A model generated the notes under the pieces. It was not told where the DNA came from. It saw only the letters and a program-made list of their open reading frames with translations, and did no database searches. A stretch of 64,000 nucleotides of DNA from an uncultured Hyphomicrobiales bacterium (GTDB lineage Bacteria > Pseudomonadota > Alphaproteobacteria > Rhizobiales > Hyphomicrobiaceae). A program made the translations under genes and the position numbers. Shown piece after piece: positions 1 to 10,922 of this stretch; position 1 is the stretch's first letter, and every line of letters starts with the position of its first letter. Where the stretch lies: contig CADEFX010000001.1 in assembly GCA_902826715.1 (NCBI GenBank), positions 1,972-65,971 of the forward strand. Reading direction: 5' to 3'.

Positions 1-261
1 ATGACGCTGCGCTACTACCAACCGCGCGGCACCGATCCTCAAACCCCACACGACCAGGACGAAATCTACATCGTCGCCGCCGGACGCGGTACCGTCGTCT
101 CAGGCCCCAGCGACGCCAAGCTCGATCGCAAACCCTTCGGGACGGGCGACGCGATCTTCGTCCCCGCCGGCCACGTGCACCGCTTTCTCGACTTTACCGA
201 CGATTTCGGCGTCTGGGTCGTATTTTGGGGACCCAAGGGTGGAGAAGCGCCCCAATCCTGA
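1..261 (+). CDS. cupin domain protein (may be 5'-truncated by the window edge)
   Basis: 86-aa ORF with cupin-like motifs (DEIYIVAAGRG ... GDAIFVPAGHVHRF). It starts at base 1, so the true start is uncertain. Confidence 0.6.
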   Translation: MTLRYYQPRGTDPQTPHDQDEIYIVAAGRGTVVSGPSDAKLDRKPFGTGDAIFVPAGHVHRFLDFTDDFGVWVVFWGPKGGEAPQS

Positions 262-324
262 GCTAGCATTCCGTCCTGCGGCCTGCTCCAATCAGGATCG
301 CCATCATATTCAGGAGGAAATCCT

Positions 325-651
325 ATGATCCATGAGTTGCGCGTCTATTACTGCGTCCCAGGCCGTCTGCCTAATCTGCTCAAGCGCTTCGACACCATCA
401 CGCTGAAGCTGTGGGACAAGCACAAGATCAAGCAGGCCGGATTCTGGACCGTGCTCGTAGGCGACTCCAACCAGGCCCTGTACTATCTCGTGGAATACGA
501 AAGCATGGCCGATCGCGAGAAGAAGTGGAACGCCTTCCAGGCCGATCCCGATTGGATTAAAGCCCGCGCGGAGACCGAGAAAGACGGGCCGATCGTCTCG
601 AAGGTGGTCAACTCGTTCCTGCAACCCACATCGTTCTCGTCAGTGAAGTAG
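325..651 (+). CDS. NIPSNAP family protein
   Basis: 108 aa beginning MIHELRVYY, with a typical NIPSNAP-like ferredoxin-fold pattern (YYLVEYESMADREKKWNAF). AGGAGGA Shine-Dalgarno at 312-318. Confidence 0.75.
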   Translation: MIHELRVYYCVPGRLPNLLKRFDTITLKLWDKHKIKQAGFWTVLVGDSNQALYYLVEYESMADREKKWNAFQADPDWIKARAETEKDGPIVSKVVNSFLQPTSFSSVK

Positions 652-675
652 GGATTTCCAACCGGGCGCCTCGTG

Positions 676-1641
676 ATGAAGATCGTTTTCCATGGCGCCA
701 ACGCAAGAGCGTTCGAGCCGGGTTTCGCAAGCCTGCTCGATCGCCCCCACGAGATATCGGTGGTCTCGGATGCCGCGGACAACGTCGCCGAGCGTGACGC
801 CATCGCCGCTGCTGAAGTTCTGATCGGCGTGAAGCATGACGCGACTGTGCCCAAGCCAGAGCGGCTGCGCCTCTATCACGCGCCTGCCGCCGGCACGGAC
901 GGCATCGATCGCAGCCGTCTCCCGCCCTCCGCCCCGCTGTGCAATGCCTTCGGCCACGAATACGCCATCGCCGAATACGTGATGGCGGCCGTCCTCAATC
1001 GCTTCATCCCACTCGCCGCCGCTGATCGCGACCTGCGCAAGGGCGAGTGGACATTGTGGCCGAGCCGGCCGAACACGCTGCGGCGCGAGATGGGCGACAC
1101 CACCATGGGCCTGCTCGGCTTCGGGCATATCGGCAAAGCCGTTGCCGCACGCGCCAAGGCTTTCGGTATGCGCGTTACTGTTGCCAACCGCAGCCCTGTT
1201 TCATCGCCGCTCGTCGATCAAAGCTTTGGCCTCGATCAACTCCCGGCTTTCATGGCTTCGGCCGATACCATCGTGGCATCGTTGCCTCTGCTGCCTGAGA
1301 CGCGAGGTGTTGTGCGCAAAGAGGGCCTCGCTGCTATGCGGTCCGATGCTGTCATCATTAACGTCGGGCGCGGCCCGGTCATCGACCAGACGGCGCTCTA
1401 TGAGGTACTAAAGCAACGCCGCATCGGCGGCGCTGTCATCGACACCTGGTATGCCTATCCAGCCGACGTCAACGCGACGACGCTGCCAGGCCGCATGCCT
1501 TTCCACGAGCTCGACAACATCGTCATGACGCCCCACATGTCGGCCTGGACCAACGGCACCGTCCGCCGCCGCCAGCAGACGATGGCCGAGAATATCGGCC
1601 GCCTGGAGCGCGGCGAACCGCTCCTGAACGTCATCGCCTGA
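676..1641 (+). CDS. D-isomer-specific 2-hydroxyacid dehydrogenase family protein
   Basis: NAD-binding [33 protein letters not shown], and a catalytic His region [12 protein letters not shown] at 676, directly after an in-frame GTG at 673. Confidence 0.85.
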   Translation: MKIVFHGANARAFEPGFASLLDRPHEISVVSDAADNVAERDAIAAAEVLIGVKHDATVPKPERLRLYHAPAAGTDGIDRSRLPPSAPLCNAFGHEYAIAEYVMAAVLNRFIPLAAADRDLRKGEWTLWPSRPNTLRREMGDTTMGLLGFGHIGKAVAARAKAFGMRVTVANRSPVSSPLVDQSFGLDQLPAFMASADTIVASLPLLPETRGVVRKEGLAAMRSDAVIINVGRGPVIDQTALYEVLKQRRIGGAVIDTWYAYPADVNATTLPGRMPFHELDNIVMTPHMSAWTNGTVRRRQQTMAENIGRLERGEPLLNVIA

Positions 1642-1726
1642 GTCCCGACGCGGAGTTGGCGCTCGTGGGCCGACTATGTTACGCAACGGGACGTTTCAGG
1701 CATGGCAAGACGAAGGTAAAGCGCAC

Positions 1727-3124
1727 ATGGCCGCCGCCGGTTTTCGCACCGAATCCGACACGTTCGGGCCGATCGAAGTTCCCGCCGACAAATATTGGGG
1801 CGCGCAGGCGCAACGCTCGCTCGGTAATTTCAAGATCGGCTGGGAGACGCAGCCAAAGTCGATCGTTCGCGCATTAGGGATCGTCAAGCGCGCCTCCGCC
1901 GAGGTCAACATGGCCCTTGGCAAGCTCGATCCGAAACTCGGCGAAACCATCGTTGCTGCTGCGCAGGAGGTGATCGAAGGCAAGCTCGACGCGCATTTTC
2001 CACTGGTCGTCTGGCAGACCGGCTCGGGCACTCAGTCGAACATGAACGCCAACGAGGTCGTCTCGAACCGTGCCATCGAGATGATGGGCGGCGTCATGGG
2101 ATCGAAGAAGCCTGTTCACCCCAATGACCACGTCAACATGAGCCAGTCGTCCAACGACACCTATCCGACGGCCATGCACATTGCCTGCGCCGAGGAAATA
2201 CATCACCGCCTGCTGCCGGCCCTGCAGTTCCTGCGCAATGCCCTGAACGACAAGGCGCAGGCCTGGACTCGCATCATCAAGATCGGACGCACGCACACGC
2301 AGGATGCAACGCCCCTGACCCTTGGTCAGGAGTTCTCCGGCTACACCCAGCAGGTGGAGAACGGCATTGCCCGCATCGAGCAGACCATGCCTGCGTTGAT
2401 GGAACTGGCGCAAGGCGGCACTGCCGTGGGCACAGGATTGAACGCGCCCGAAGGCTTCGCTGAAATGGTGGCCGAACGCATTGCCGCGATTACGCAGCTT
2501 CGGTTTACATCCGCGCCCAACAAGTTCGAGGCGCTGGCCGCCCACGATGCCATGGTCTTCTCGCACGGCGCCATCAACACGGTAGCCGCGTCGCTGTTCA
2601 AAATCGCCAACGACATTCGCTTCCTGGGCAGCGGACCCCGCTCGGGCCTCGGCGAGTTGTCCCTGCCCGAGAACGAGCCCGGATCGTCCATCATGCCGGG
2701 CAAGGTCAATCCAACACAGTGCGAAGCCTTGACCATGGTCTGCACGCAGGTGTTCGGGAATAATGCCGCACTGACATTCGCGGACAGCCAGGGCCATTTC
2801 GAGCTCAACGTCTTCAATCCGGTGATGGCTTATAATTTCCTGCAGTCCGTTCAACTGCTCTCCGACGCGGCTGTCTCCTTTACCGACAACTGCATCGTCG
2901 GCATCGAGGCGCGAGAGGATAACATCAAGGCCGCGCTCGACCGGTCCCTGATGCTCGTCACGGCGCTGGCACCCAAGATCGGTTATGACAACGCCGCCAA
3001 GATCGCCAAGACTGCGCACAAGAACGGCACCACGCTGCGGCAGGAGGCAGTCGGCGGCGGCTATGTCACGGAAGCGGAGTTCGACGCCCTCGTCCGGCCG
3101 GAAAAAATGATCGGGCCGGGCTGA
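1727..3124 (+). CDS. fumC: class II fumarate hydratase
   Basis: Fumarate lyase signature [16 protein letters not shown]; N-terminus [22 protein letters not shown]; about 465 aa from the internal ATG at 1727 (the ORF track begins at 1676). Confidence 0.96.
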   Translation: MAAAGFRTESDTFGPIEVPADKYWGAQAQRSLGNFKIGWETQPKSIVRALGIVKRASAEVNMALGKLDPKLGETIVAAAQEVIEGKLDAHFPLVVWQTGSGTQSNMNANEVVSNRAIEMMGGVMGSKKPVHPNDHVNMSQSSNDTYPTAMHIACAEEIHHRLLPALQFLRNALNDKAQAWTRIIKIGRTHTQDATPLTLGQEFSGYTQQVENGIARIEQTMPALMELAQGGTAVGTGLNAPEGFAEMVAERIAAITQLRFTSAPNKFEALAAHDAMVFSHGAINTVAASLFKIANDIRFLGSGPRSGLGELSLPENEPGSSIMPGKVNPTQCEALTMVCTQVFGNNAALTFADSQGHFELNVFNPVMAYNFLQSVQLLSDAAVSFTDNCIVGIEAREDNIKAALDRSLMLVTALAPKIGYDNAAKIAKTAHKNGTTLRQEAVGGGYVTEAEFDALVRPEKMIGPG

Positions 3125-3133
3125 GATCGGGTC

Positions 3134-3325
3134 ATGGGAGAGATCGTCAACCTTCGCCAGGTGCGCCGGCAGCGGGCGCGTGCTGAGCGAGAGGCATCAG
3201 CTCTGGAAAACCGCATCCGCTTCGGCCGCACCAAGGCCGAAAGGATCAAGCAGAATGCCGACGCTTTGCTGGCGCACCGCCGCCTCGAGGCCGCCAAGCG
3301 GGATGCTCCCGAAGACGGCGCTTGA
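3134..3325 (+). CDS. DUF4169 family small protein
   Basis: 63 aa, MGEIVNLRQVRRQRARAEREASALENRIRFGRTKAER. This is the basic helical small protein typical of DUF4169, in the position seen downstream of fumC in Rhizobiales. Confidence 0.7.
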   Translation: MGEIVNLRQVRRQRARAEREASALENRIRFGRTKAERIKQNADALLAHRRLEAAKRDAPEDGA

Positions 3326-3337
3326 GCCGCGTTGTCG

Positions 3338-3562
3338 ATGTCGCGCCCGATCAAGCGTTCTTTCAGCATCGCCGGGCATCGGACATCGATCTCGTTGGAG
3401 GCAGCATTCTGGGCCGCTTTGCAGGACGCCGCAGCGCGTGAGCGCCTGCCTGTTGCGCAACTCGTGGCACGGATCGACGGGGACAGAGACGGTGCCAGCC
3501 TCTCGAGCGCCGTCCGCGTCTGGCTTCTGCACTACTATCGGTCGCCGACACCCGGGCTATAG
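3338..3562 (+). CDS. ribbon-helix-helix (RHH_4-like) domain protein
   Basis: KRSFSIAGHRTSISLEAAFWAALQDAA ... LSSAVRVWLLHYY pattern. ATG at 3338 (TTG at 3332 is an alternative). Confidence 0.7.
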   Translation: MSRPIKRSFSIAGHRTSISLEAAFWAALQDAAARERLPVAQLVARIDGDRDGASLSSAVRVWLLHYYRSPTPGL

Positions 3563-3571
3563 CGCCTGGCG

Positions 3572-6500
3572 TCAATTGCTGCGGTCGCGGATATCTCGCA
3601 GGATCTCGGCAGCGGTCGGCGGCCGGCCCTTGGATGCGGGCGGCGCGTTTTGCTTCGTTTCTCCGAGCGTCGTTGCTGCTCCCCAAGCACTCGCGCGTTG
3701 CTGTGCATCCGTTTCGCTGCGGCGTAACGCGTTCTGCCGGTCCTCCTCGATGCGCTGACGTTCGGCCTCTAATGCCCGCGTCCGCTCGGCCTCCACATTC
3801 GCACGCTCCTCGTCGCTGTGCCGCAGGCGTTCGAGCTCATCAACGTAGCGCTCAATCTTGCGCACGCTGAGCTCGCGTTCGAGTGCCTCGGTCTGCAGCT
3901 TCGGCTCCACCGTGCCGAGGCTGGCGAGAGGGCCGACGTAGACAACCGACACGCCCGGCAATGCGCCGGCCTTGCCCAGGCCGCCGCGCGCCGGCGCCGG
4001 CTTGGGCTCGATCCGCCATTCGCTGTCGAACACCATGCTCTCCGTGTCAATCGTCGTGCTGCCCGTGGCGCGGCCATCCGGCGTCTCAAGCACCACCGGC
4101 TCTAGCCGCACGGCGCCATCCACAATCGTCATGGCGATATTGCGCGGACCTAGAGGGACGACCCCGCCGCTCAAGCCTTCGTCCAGCTTGCGCCGCAGCT
4201 CCGCGTTCAGCGTTTCGCCGGGTGCGACCAGCGCTGCGAGTGCAGCCGCGTTGATCGCCCCTGGTGATAGACGGTTGAGCTGGGAACGGCCGAGTGCGAT
4301 CTGCCCCTTGCCGCGCGCCGCCGAAACGAGCCCTCTTGGACTGAGGCCGACGCTGCTGAAATCCAGCCCGAACGACACGTCGCCGATGGCGGCAGACCGA
4401 TGAGCAGGTCCAAACTGCTCCAATCGCGCATTCACGAGCTGCATCTCGCCGTGCGCGGAAATGCCGTCAGCCGCTTTGTTGAATTCGACGCGGGCTTCGG
4501 CCTTGCCGCCAAGCGCCTCGGCATTCCGCAGCACCAAGTTGAGTTTTCCGTCGACCGCCTTGGCTTCGATCTGCGCGTTGGCGACGGCCATATCCCGCGT
4601 CAATCTCAGGGTCGGCGTATTCACGCGAAAATCGAAATCGATTTCGGCCAGCGTGCTCATGTCGAGCGCGGCCTCGGGCCACAGCGCATTATCGCTGGGG
4701 CTGCCGCTCTTGCGTTCCTCAGTCTTGAGCCGGCTGTCTGCCAGTGTAGCAAGCAGGCGCGGAACACTGACCTCGGTGACATGGAGGCGGCCGCTGCCGC
4801 GCCGGCGCGCCCCGCCCAGTTCGAAACTTGCCTGACCCCCAGCCTCCATTCCCGCGAGCGCCAGTTGCCGGGCTTCGAGTTTGAGCGTGCCGCGGCTCAA
4901 CGAGGTTCCGAGCGTGGCTTGCAGGGGCACACCCTCCAGTCCCTGCCTGTGCGGCGATCCCATGAGCATGGCCGTGCGGCCGAGATCATCGGCCGTCAAC
5001 CTCGTCTCTCCCTCGATCGCGAGGCTGGCCGTGTCATCGATGACGATGCGTCCGCGGAACTCGCCGCCGATCCCCGCGGCATCGAACGTCAGCAGGGACG
5101 CGAGGCCCCGCGCCGGAACGCCGACGGCTCTGAAGGTCGCCACTGCGGGCGTGCCCGCGCCACGCGCGGACGCACCCACGAGTATGTCGGGCATCACTTG
5201 GGCCAGGACCGTCGAGACCTCGGCACCATCCAACGTAGCCGAGAGGCCGACCCGCTGTTCGCGCCAAGCGCCGCGTGCGTCGTCCAACGAGGCCCGGACC
5301 GTCAGGCGGCTGCTCGCTGCCATGCCATCGAGCGACAGATCGAAAGCCGGCATGCCCTGCGCACCCAGCACGAGATTGCCAGCCAGCTTAATCGGGCTGA
5401 GGACTTCGGCACGCCGCAAGGAGGGGCGCAGCTCCTGCGAAACGCCGAGTATTTCGGCGAGCTGGTCGAAACCGCGCACGGAAGACATCTGTCCGCCGAT
5501 GCTGCCTTTGGGCCTGCTCCCGGCAAGGCCCGTCACGGTGCCGCTGAGCTCGACTGTGAGATCGCCATCGCCCGAAAACTTGAGCAGTGGCAGCCTCAGC
5601 ATGTCTTGGTCGGCGACGACGTCCAGCGACACGTCGCGCAAGGTTTCCTGGCCGGCGACCAGCCGGCCCGTACGTACGTGCACTTCCGTCGTTCTCGCGG
5701 AAGCGCCGGAGGCGGCTGGCGTCGGCGAGCTTTTTGCGGCATCCGTGCCTTGCAGCAAACCTGCCACAAGATTGCCCAAGCGCGGATTTTCACCGAGCAG
5801 CGGTGTCACATCCAGCTCAGCTCCCTCCAAGGAAAGCTTGAGCAGCCGGTTATCTCGCCAGCTCCAGATCACCTCACCCGACAGTGAGTTGCCGGCAACT
5901 TGGAGCATCAAGCCCTTACCGGCCAATTGGCCGAGACCCACGCTCACATGGCCGCGCATCGCGAAGCTGCCATCCTGCATGAGTTCAGGAATGCCGTATC
6001 CCTGCGCCGCCCAAGCCAGAAACCGGTTAATGCTCGCCCCCCGCAGCGTCACATCGCCACTGAACGAACGATCGGCCTGCCCGGTCGCAAGCGCGCCTGT
6101 TGCATCGATCCGGGCACCGCCCGGCAAGCTGGCGTGAAGATGTCCGAGCTTCAGGACACCCTTGTCCTTCTCCAGCGTCAGTTGCAGGCCACTGACCGCC
6201 TCGCCGCCAAGATTGGCTTGGTCTACCGCAAACGTGGCCTGTGTTCGTGCGACGGCCGGCATCAGGTTGTCGATCGCCGCGGTCACATGCTCCAGGAGCG
6301 CAAGCGGCGATGTCTGCCCGTCGCCACGACCCGCAATGCGGTCAAGATCGAGCCAACGCGACTCCAGGTGCACGGACGCCGGCTGCGCGTCATGCCAGCC
6401 GAACTTGGCTTCGCCAGTTGCCAATTGCGGACGACCCTGGCTGTCGAATGACAGGGAGAGATTGGCAAGCGACACCTCATGCGTGTCGGCCTTGAGCGAT

Positions 6501-7336
6501 GCGCGCATGTCGAGAACGCTGCGAGCGCGAGCATTGGCGTCACTCGTCGCCGGTTCCGGAACTCCCTGAACGCCGCCGACCGGCAGACTTGCAACGAACT
6601 CCCCGGCGATCCGGGCTCTCCCCGCCGGCTCGATCAATTGGCCGTCGAGGCTGTAGCTTTCACCCGATTGCAGGGCGCGGAGCACGGCTTTGAAACGCAC
6701 AATGCCGTCCGCTTCGGGCTTTGCCGTCGACAGCCTGAATTCCCGCGCGCCGCTCAGCATTGCCAGCAGCCTGTAGGAGCCGTCGAGCGTCGACGCAGAC
6801 AACTCGGCCGTCGGCGCGTCGAAGATGGCCTTCTTGCCGTTCGCATCCTGAACGACGACCGCCCCTCCGGTAATGTGCACGGTATTGAGCGCAATGCTGC
6901 CGGGCGACAATACCAACCCGGGGCGGTTCTCGCCGAACCCGGTCCAGTTGCCGCCGCCCTTGCCATCCGCGGCGAGCGTCAGCACCGGCCGGGTCAGCTC
7001 GACCCGAGTCGCCTCGAGCACGCCCTTGAACAGGGACGCCACCTTGAGCCAGACGATGAACCCGTCCGCCCTGAAGATCGATTCGCCGGTCCTCCCGGCC
7101 CCATCGGCGACGCGGATCTGCTCGAAGCGAATGGTGGGCGTCGGCAGCAGCTCCAGATTGACGTCGCCGCCCACGCGAACCTCACGGCCGAGTTGCCGCG
7201 AAGCTTCCTCCTCGAACACGCCGCGAAAATATGTCCAGTCAACGAATCGTGGGATCGCAAACAGCGCAGCCAGAACGCAGACCACGAAAGCGCCGCTGGA
7301 GAGAAGAAATCTATTCATGACTATCCCGTGCCGCAC
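3572..7336 (-). CDS. AsmA-family outer-membrane biogenesis protein (about 1250 aa)
   Basis: N-terminal transmembrane anchor plus an AsmA-type start (FVDWTYFRGVFEEEASRQLGREVRVGGDVNLELLPTP). Long beta-rich body and a charged coiled-coil C-terminal tail. An alternative ATG start lies at 7318. Confidence 0.8.
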   Translation of the reverse strand: MRHGIVMNRFLLSSGAFVVCVLAALFAIPRFVDWTYFRGVFEEEASRQLGREVRVGGDVNLELLPTPTIRFEQIRVADGAGRTGESIFRADGFIVWLKVASLFKGVLEATRVELTRPVLTLAADGKGGGNWTGFGENRPGLVLSPGSIALNTVHITGGAVVVQDANGKKAIFDAPTAELSASTLDGSYRLLAMLSGAREFRLSTAKPEADGIVRFKAVLRALQSGESYSLDGQLIEPAGRARIAGEFVASLPVGGVQGVPEPATSDANARARSVLDMRASLKADTHEVSLANLSLSFDSQGRPQLATGEAKFGWHDAQPASVHLESRWLDLDRIAGRGDGQTSPLALLEHVTAAIDNLMPAVARTQATFAVDQANLGGEAVSGLQLTLEKDKGVLKLGHLHASLPGGARIDATGALATGQADRSFSGDVTLRGASINRFLAWAAQGYGIPELMQDGSFAMRGHVSVGLGQLAGKGLMLQVAGNSLSGEVIWSWRDNRLLKLSLEGAELDVTPLLGENPRLGNLVAGLLQGTDAAKSSPTPAASGASARTTEVHVRTGRLVAGQETLRDVSLDVVADQDMLRLPLLKFSGDGDLTVELSGTVTGLAGSRPKGSIGGQMSSVRGFDQLAEILGVSQELRPSLRRAEVLSPIKLAGNLVLGAQGMPAFDLSLDGMAASSRLTVRASLDDARGAWREQRVGLSATLDGAEVSTVLAQVMPDILVGASARGAGTPAVATFRAVGVPARGLASLLTFDAAGIGGEFRGRIVIDDTASLAIEGETRLTADDLGRTAMLMGSPHRQGLEGVPLQATLGTSLSRGTLKLEARQLALAGMEAGGQASFELGGARRRGSGRLHVTEVSVPRLLATLADSRLKTEERKSGSPSDNALWPEAALDMSTLAEIDFDFRVNTPTLRLTRDMAVANAQIEAKAVDGKLNLVLRNAEALGGKAEARVEFNKAADGISAHGEMQLVNARLEQFGPAHRSAAIGDVSFGLDFSSVGLSPRGLVSAARGKGQIALGRSQLNRLSPGAINAAALAALVAPGETLNAELRRKLDEGLSGGVVPLGPRNIAMTIVDGAVRLEPVVLETPDGRATGSTTIDTESMVFDSEWRIEPKPAPARGGLGKAGALPGVSVVYVGPLASLGTVEPKLQTEALERELSVRKIERYVDELERLRHSDEERANVEAERTRALEAERQRIEEDRQNALRRSETDAQQRASAWGAATTLGETKQNAPPASKGRPPTAAEILRDIRDRSN

Positions 7337-7550
7337 GACGGAAACGCGGCAGTCTCACCTTAGTCCTCTATGGCTCTAGAGGGGGCGGTCTGTCGCGCAA
7401 GCCCACAGGGCGTTAGGTACCGTCGCGGATTTCTTGCGATCCACGATCACGGCGACCATCGATCAGTGTTCCTCTCTGTACCAGCGCTTGTATGCCACAA
7501 TCCACACCGGCGTAGCGCACGTTTTTTGCTGGGCCACGCCGATGCGACGC

Positions 7551-8339
7551 TTACACGGCCGGGCAGAGCCCGCCGTCGACGTTGATGGCTGTGCCGGTGA
7601 TGTATGAGCCCGCGTCCGACGCCAGGAAAACGGCGAGATTGGCGAACTCCTGCGCGGTTCCGATGCGGCCCAGCGGTATGGATTTGCCCATTTCATCGTA
7701 GTAAGCCTGCATGGTGCGCCCCTTGTTCTCCTTGGCGTGCCGGCGCACCCACTGGTCACTCTCGATGCGCCCGACCAGCATGGCGTTCACCAGAATATTG
7801 TGCGGGGCTCCTTCTCCCGCCAACACCTTGGTCAGCGCCATTCCGGCGGCACGCGTGACAGCGGTCGGGGCCCGTCCAGCCTCCGGAGCCTTGGCACCGA
7901 CATTGAGGATGTTAATAATACGGCCGGACCGGCGGTCCCGCATGGCCGGAAGCGCGTGGCGGATGAGGCGAATGGCGCCGAACAGCTTGAGGTCGAGATC
8001 GGCCTGCCAGATTTCGTCGGTGATGTCGTCGAACTTGCCCGTCTGCGACGATCCGGCATTGTTGACGAGCACGTCGACATAGCCGAGAGCCTTGGTCGCC
8101 GTCTCGAAAATGCGGGTGCAGTCCTCGGCTTTGCTGACATCCCCCGCGATGGTCACGATTTTCGTTTTGGCGATTTTCTCGATGTCCCGCTTGGCCAGTT
8201 CCAGCGGCTCCTGTCTGCGCGCCGTAATCGCCACATTGGCCCCAGCTTCTGCAAACGAGCGGGCAATCGCGAGCCCTATGCCCAGGCTGGCGCCGGTGAC
8301 CAGCGCATTGCGGCCCTTCATCGACAGTTCCATGGTCAT
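7551..8339 (-). CDS. SDR family oxidoreductase
   Basis: ALVTGASLGIGLAIA Rossmann motif and NNAG. Length is about 260 aa. The start may be the ATG at 8333 or 8321. Confidence 0.85.
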   Translation of the reverse strand: MTMELSMKGRNALVTGASLGIGLAIARSFAEAGANVAITARRQEPLELAKRDIEKIAKTKIVTIAGDVSKAEDCTRIFETATKALGYVDVLVNNAGSSQTGKFDDITDEIWQADLDLKLFGAIRLIRHALPAMRDRRSGRIINILNVGAKAPEAGRAPTAVTRAAGMALTKVLAGEGAPHNILVNAMLVGRIESDQWVRRHAKENKGRTMQAYYDEMGKSIPLGRIGTAQEFANLAVFLASDAGSYITGTAINVDGGLCPAV

Positions 8340-8492
8340 TTCCTTCGGTTGCAGGCTTGCTTGGCTCAGAGTATGCGGAGCCAGGCCATCTGCAAACAGC
8401 CTTGCGCGCCGCGCCGGGACGCCTATTTGCCTGTCTGTGGACGGGATGGCGGCCGGATTGCCGCCGCAGCCAGCATGCTATAGTCGCAGTTG

Positions 8493-10922
8493 ATGTCAGC
8501 GAATCGAAGCCAGATGGCCGGGCAGACCAGGCCGGACGCGGGCGAAGACCCGCCGTTCGACTTGCCGCCCGCGCCCGCAAACCAAAATCCCTCCGTCTCG
8601 GAGCGCGCCCTGCAATCGGCGGCGCCTCCATACATGGATGGGCTCAACCCCGAGCAGCGTCGGGCCGTTGAAACTGTTGATGGGCCGCTTCTCGTGCTCG
8701 CGGGCGCCGGGACCGGTAAAACCCGGGTCCTCATAACGCGGATCGCCCACATCCTGGCGACACGCAGGGCCTTCCCTTCGCAAGTGCTTGCCGTCACCTT
8801 CACCAACAAGGCCGCGCGCGAGATGAAGGAGCGCATCGGCGGCCTTATTGGCGGCTCGGTCGAAGGCATGCCCTGGCTCGGGACGTTTCACTCCATCGGC
8901 GTGAAGATCCTGCGCCGCCACGCCGAGCTTGTTGGGTTGAAGTCCGGCTTCACCATCCTTGACGTTGACGATCAGCTCCGGCTCCTCAAGCAGGTGATCG
9001 AGGCGGCAAACCTCGACAAGGACCGCTGGCCCGCCCGCCAGCTTGCGGCGCACATCGACCGTTGGAAGAACCGCGGGCTGACGCCCGACAAAGTGCCGGC
9101 CGGCGAGGCCTATGCTTTCGCCAACGGCGATGGCGCCAAACTTTATGCGGCCTACCAGCAGCGCCTCAAAGAGCTCAACGCTGCGGACTTCGGCGATCTG
9201 CTGCTGGAGTGCATCCGCCTGTTCACCACGCGGCCGGACATCCTGGCCGACTATCACAGGCGCTTCCGCTACATCCTGGTTGACGAATATCAGGATACCA
9301 ACGTCGCCCAGTATCTCTGGCTGCGCCTGCTGGCGCAAGGCTCGCCCAACATCTGCTGCGTGGGCGACGACGACCAGTCGATCTACGGCTGGCGCGGTGC
9401 GGAGGTCGACAACATCCTTCGCTTTGATAAGGATTTTCCCGGCGCCGCCGTCATCCGACTCGAACGCAACTATCGCTCCACCGGCCACATTCTTGCCTCC
9501 GCCGCCGGCCTGATCGCGCACAACAAGGGGCGCCTCGGCAAGACGCTGTTCACCGACGGCGCGCTCGGCGAGAAGGTCAGGGTCACAGGCTTCTGGGACG
9601 ACGAGGAAGAAGCCCGCACCATCGCTTCGGAGATCGAAGGCCTGCAAACCTCGCGCGCCCGCCTGAGTGACGTCGCTATTCTCGTGCGCGCATCTTTTCA
9701 GATGCGTGCCTTCGAGGATCGCTTCGTGACGCTGGGACTGCCGTATCGGGTTGTCGGCGGCCCGCGGTTCTACGAGCGCCAGGAGATCAAGGACGCTATC
9801 GCCTACCTGGAGGTCACCGTCAATCCGGCCAACGACCTCAAGTTCAAACCCATCGTAACCCTGCCCAAGCGTGGCCTCGGCGATACGACGATCCGCGAAA
9901 TTCACAACCTCGCCCGTGCTCGCGGCACGCCCATGTTCCAGGCCGCACGCGACATCATCGAGACCGAGGAATTGAAGCCCCGCGCCCGCAAATCCCTCGC
10001 CGACGTGGTCACCACCTTCGATCGCTGGCGCGCACGCCTCAGCGAGATGAAGCACACGGACCTTGCCGAGCTTATTCTCGACGAATCCGGCTACACGGCC
10101 ATGTGGCAGGCGGACAAGAACCCGCAATCTCAGTCACGGCTTGAGAACTTGAAAGAGCTTGTGCGCTTCATGCACGAGTTCGAGACCCTGCAGGGCTTTC
10201 TCGAGCACGTGTCTCTCGTTATGGACGTAGACACCGCCGATGAAGGCGCTCGCGTCACACTGATGACGTTGCATGCGGCCAAGGGCCTCGAGTTCGGCAC
10301 GGTCTTTCTGCCGGGCTGGGAGGAAGGCCTCTTTCCGCACCAGCGCTCGCTCGACGAGAACGGCCTGGCCGGATTGGAGGAGGAGCGCCGCCTTGCCTAT
10401 GTCGGGCTGACGCGCGCGGAACGCAAAGCCCGCGTGTCGTTCGCGCAGAACCGCCGCAACCGCGGCCTCTACCAGTCTGCCACGCCCTCGCGGTTCATCG
10501 ATGAGCTGCCGACCGGTGATGTGGATGTCGTGGAGGCAAAGGGCCCGTTCAGCGGAGCCTATGCAAATTTCGGCAATACCGGCGGCTTCGGCCGGTCCAA
10601 TCCATACGGAGCAAGCCGCTTCGACGATGTGGAGACGGCGCCGTTCCGCAGTTCCTATCAAACGCCGGGCTGGCAGCGTGCCCAGCAATGGCGACCGGAG
10701 CGCAGTACGGCGCAACGGCAGAAGAAAAAGCCGCTGACACTCGAAGGCGAGCTTGTCGCCTCCTCGACGGGGCACACGTCTGATTTCAGCGTCGGCGACC
10801 GGGTCCGGCATCAGAAATTCGGGTACGGCGAGGTGACCGGCGTCGACGGCAATAAGCTGACCATCGAGTTCGAGGACGCGGGCTCAAAGCGCGTCGTCGA
10901 CAGCTTCGTGGAAAAGGGCTGA
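8493..10922 (+). CDS. uvrD: UvrD/Rep/PcrA-type ATP-dependent DNA helicase
   Basis: Walker A AGAGTGKT, motif II VDEYQDTN, VGDDDQSIYGWRGA, LERNYRS, TLHAAKGLEF, and a C-terminal FGYGEV Tudor-like tail. Confidence 0.92.
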   Translation: MSANRSQMAGQTRPDAGEDPPFDLPPAPANQNPSVSERALQSAAPPYMDGLNPEQRRAVETVDGPLLVLAGAGTGKTRVLITRIAHILATRRAFPSQVLAVTFTNKAAREMKERIGGLIGGSVEGMPWLGTFHSIGVKILRRHAELVGLKSGFTILDVDDQLRLLKQVIEAANLDKDRWPARQLAAHIDRWKNRGLTPDKVPAGEAYAFANGDGAKLYAAYQQRLKELNAADFGDLLLECIRLFTTRPDILADYHRRFRYILVDEYQDTNVAQYLWLRLLAQGSPNICCVGDDDQSIYGWRGAEVDNILRFDKDFPGAAVIRLERNYRSTGHILASAAGLIAHNKGRLGKTLFTDGALGEKVRVTGFWDDEEEARTIASEIEGLQTSRARLSDVAILVRASFQMRAFEDRFVTLGLPYRVVGGPRFYERQEIKDAIAYLEVTVNPANDLKFKPIVTLPKRGLGDTTIREIHNLARARGTPMFQAARDIIETEELKPRARKSLADVVTTFDRWRARLSEMKHTDLAELILDESGYTAMWQADKNPQSQSRLENLKELVRFMHEFETLQGFLEHVSLVMDVDTADEGARVTLMTLHAAKGLEFGTVFLPGWEEGLFPHQRSLDENGLAGLEEERRLAYVGLTRAERKARVSFAQNRRNRGLYQSATPSRFIDELPTGDVDVVEAKGPFSGAYANFGNTGGFGRSNPYGASRFDDVETAPFRSSYQTPGWQRAQQWRPERSTAQRQKKKPLTLEGELVASSTGHTSDFSVGDRVRHQKFGYGEVTGVDGNKLTIEFEDAGSKRVVDSFVEKG

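Noticed and set aside
4400-5887. 495-aa plus-strand ORF (and the overlapping 4881-6137 and 6479-7363 ORFs)
   Set aside because: All are antisense to the AsmA-family gene. Their composition is dominated by Arg/Ala/Pro runs, as expected for an out-of-frame reading of GC-rich coding DNA.
8496-10127. 543-aa ORF on the minus strand
   Set aside because: It lies antisense to the UvrD-type helicase, whose motifs are unambiguous. It has no motifs of its own. Shadow ORF.
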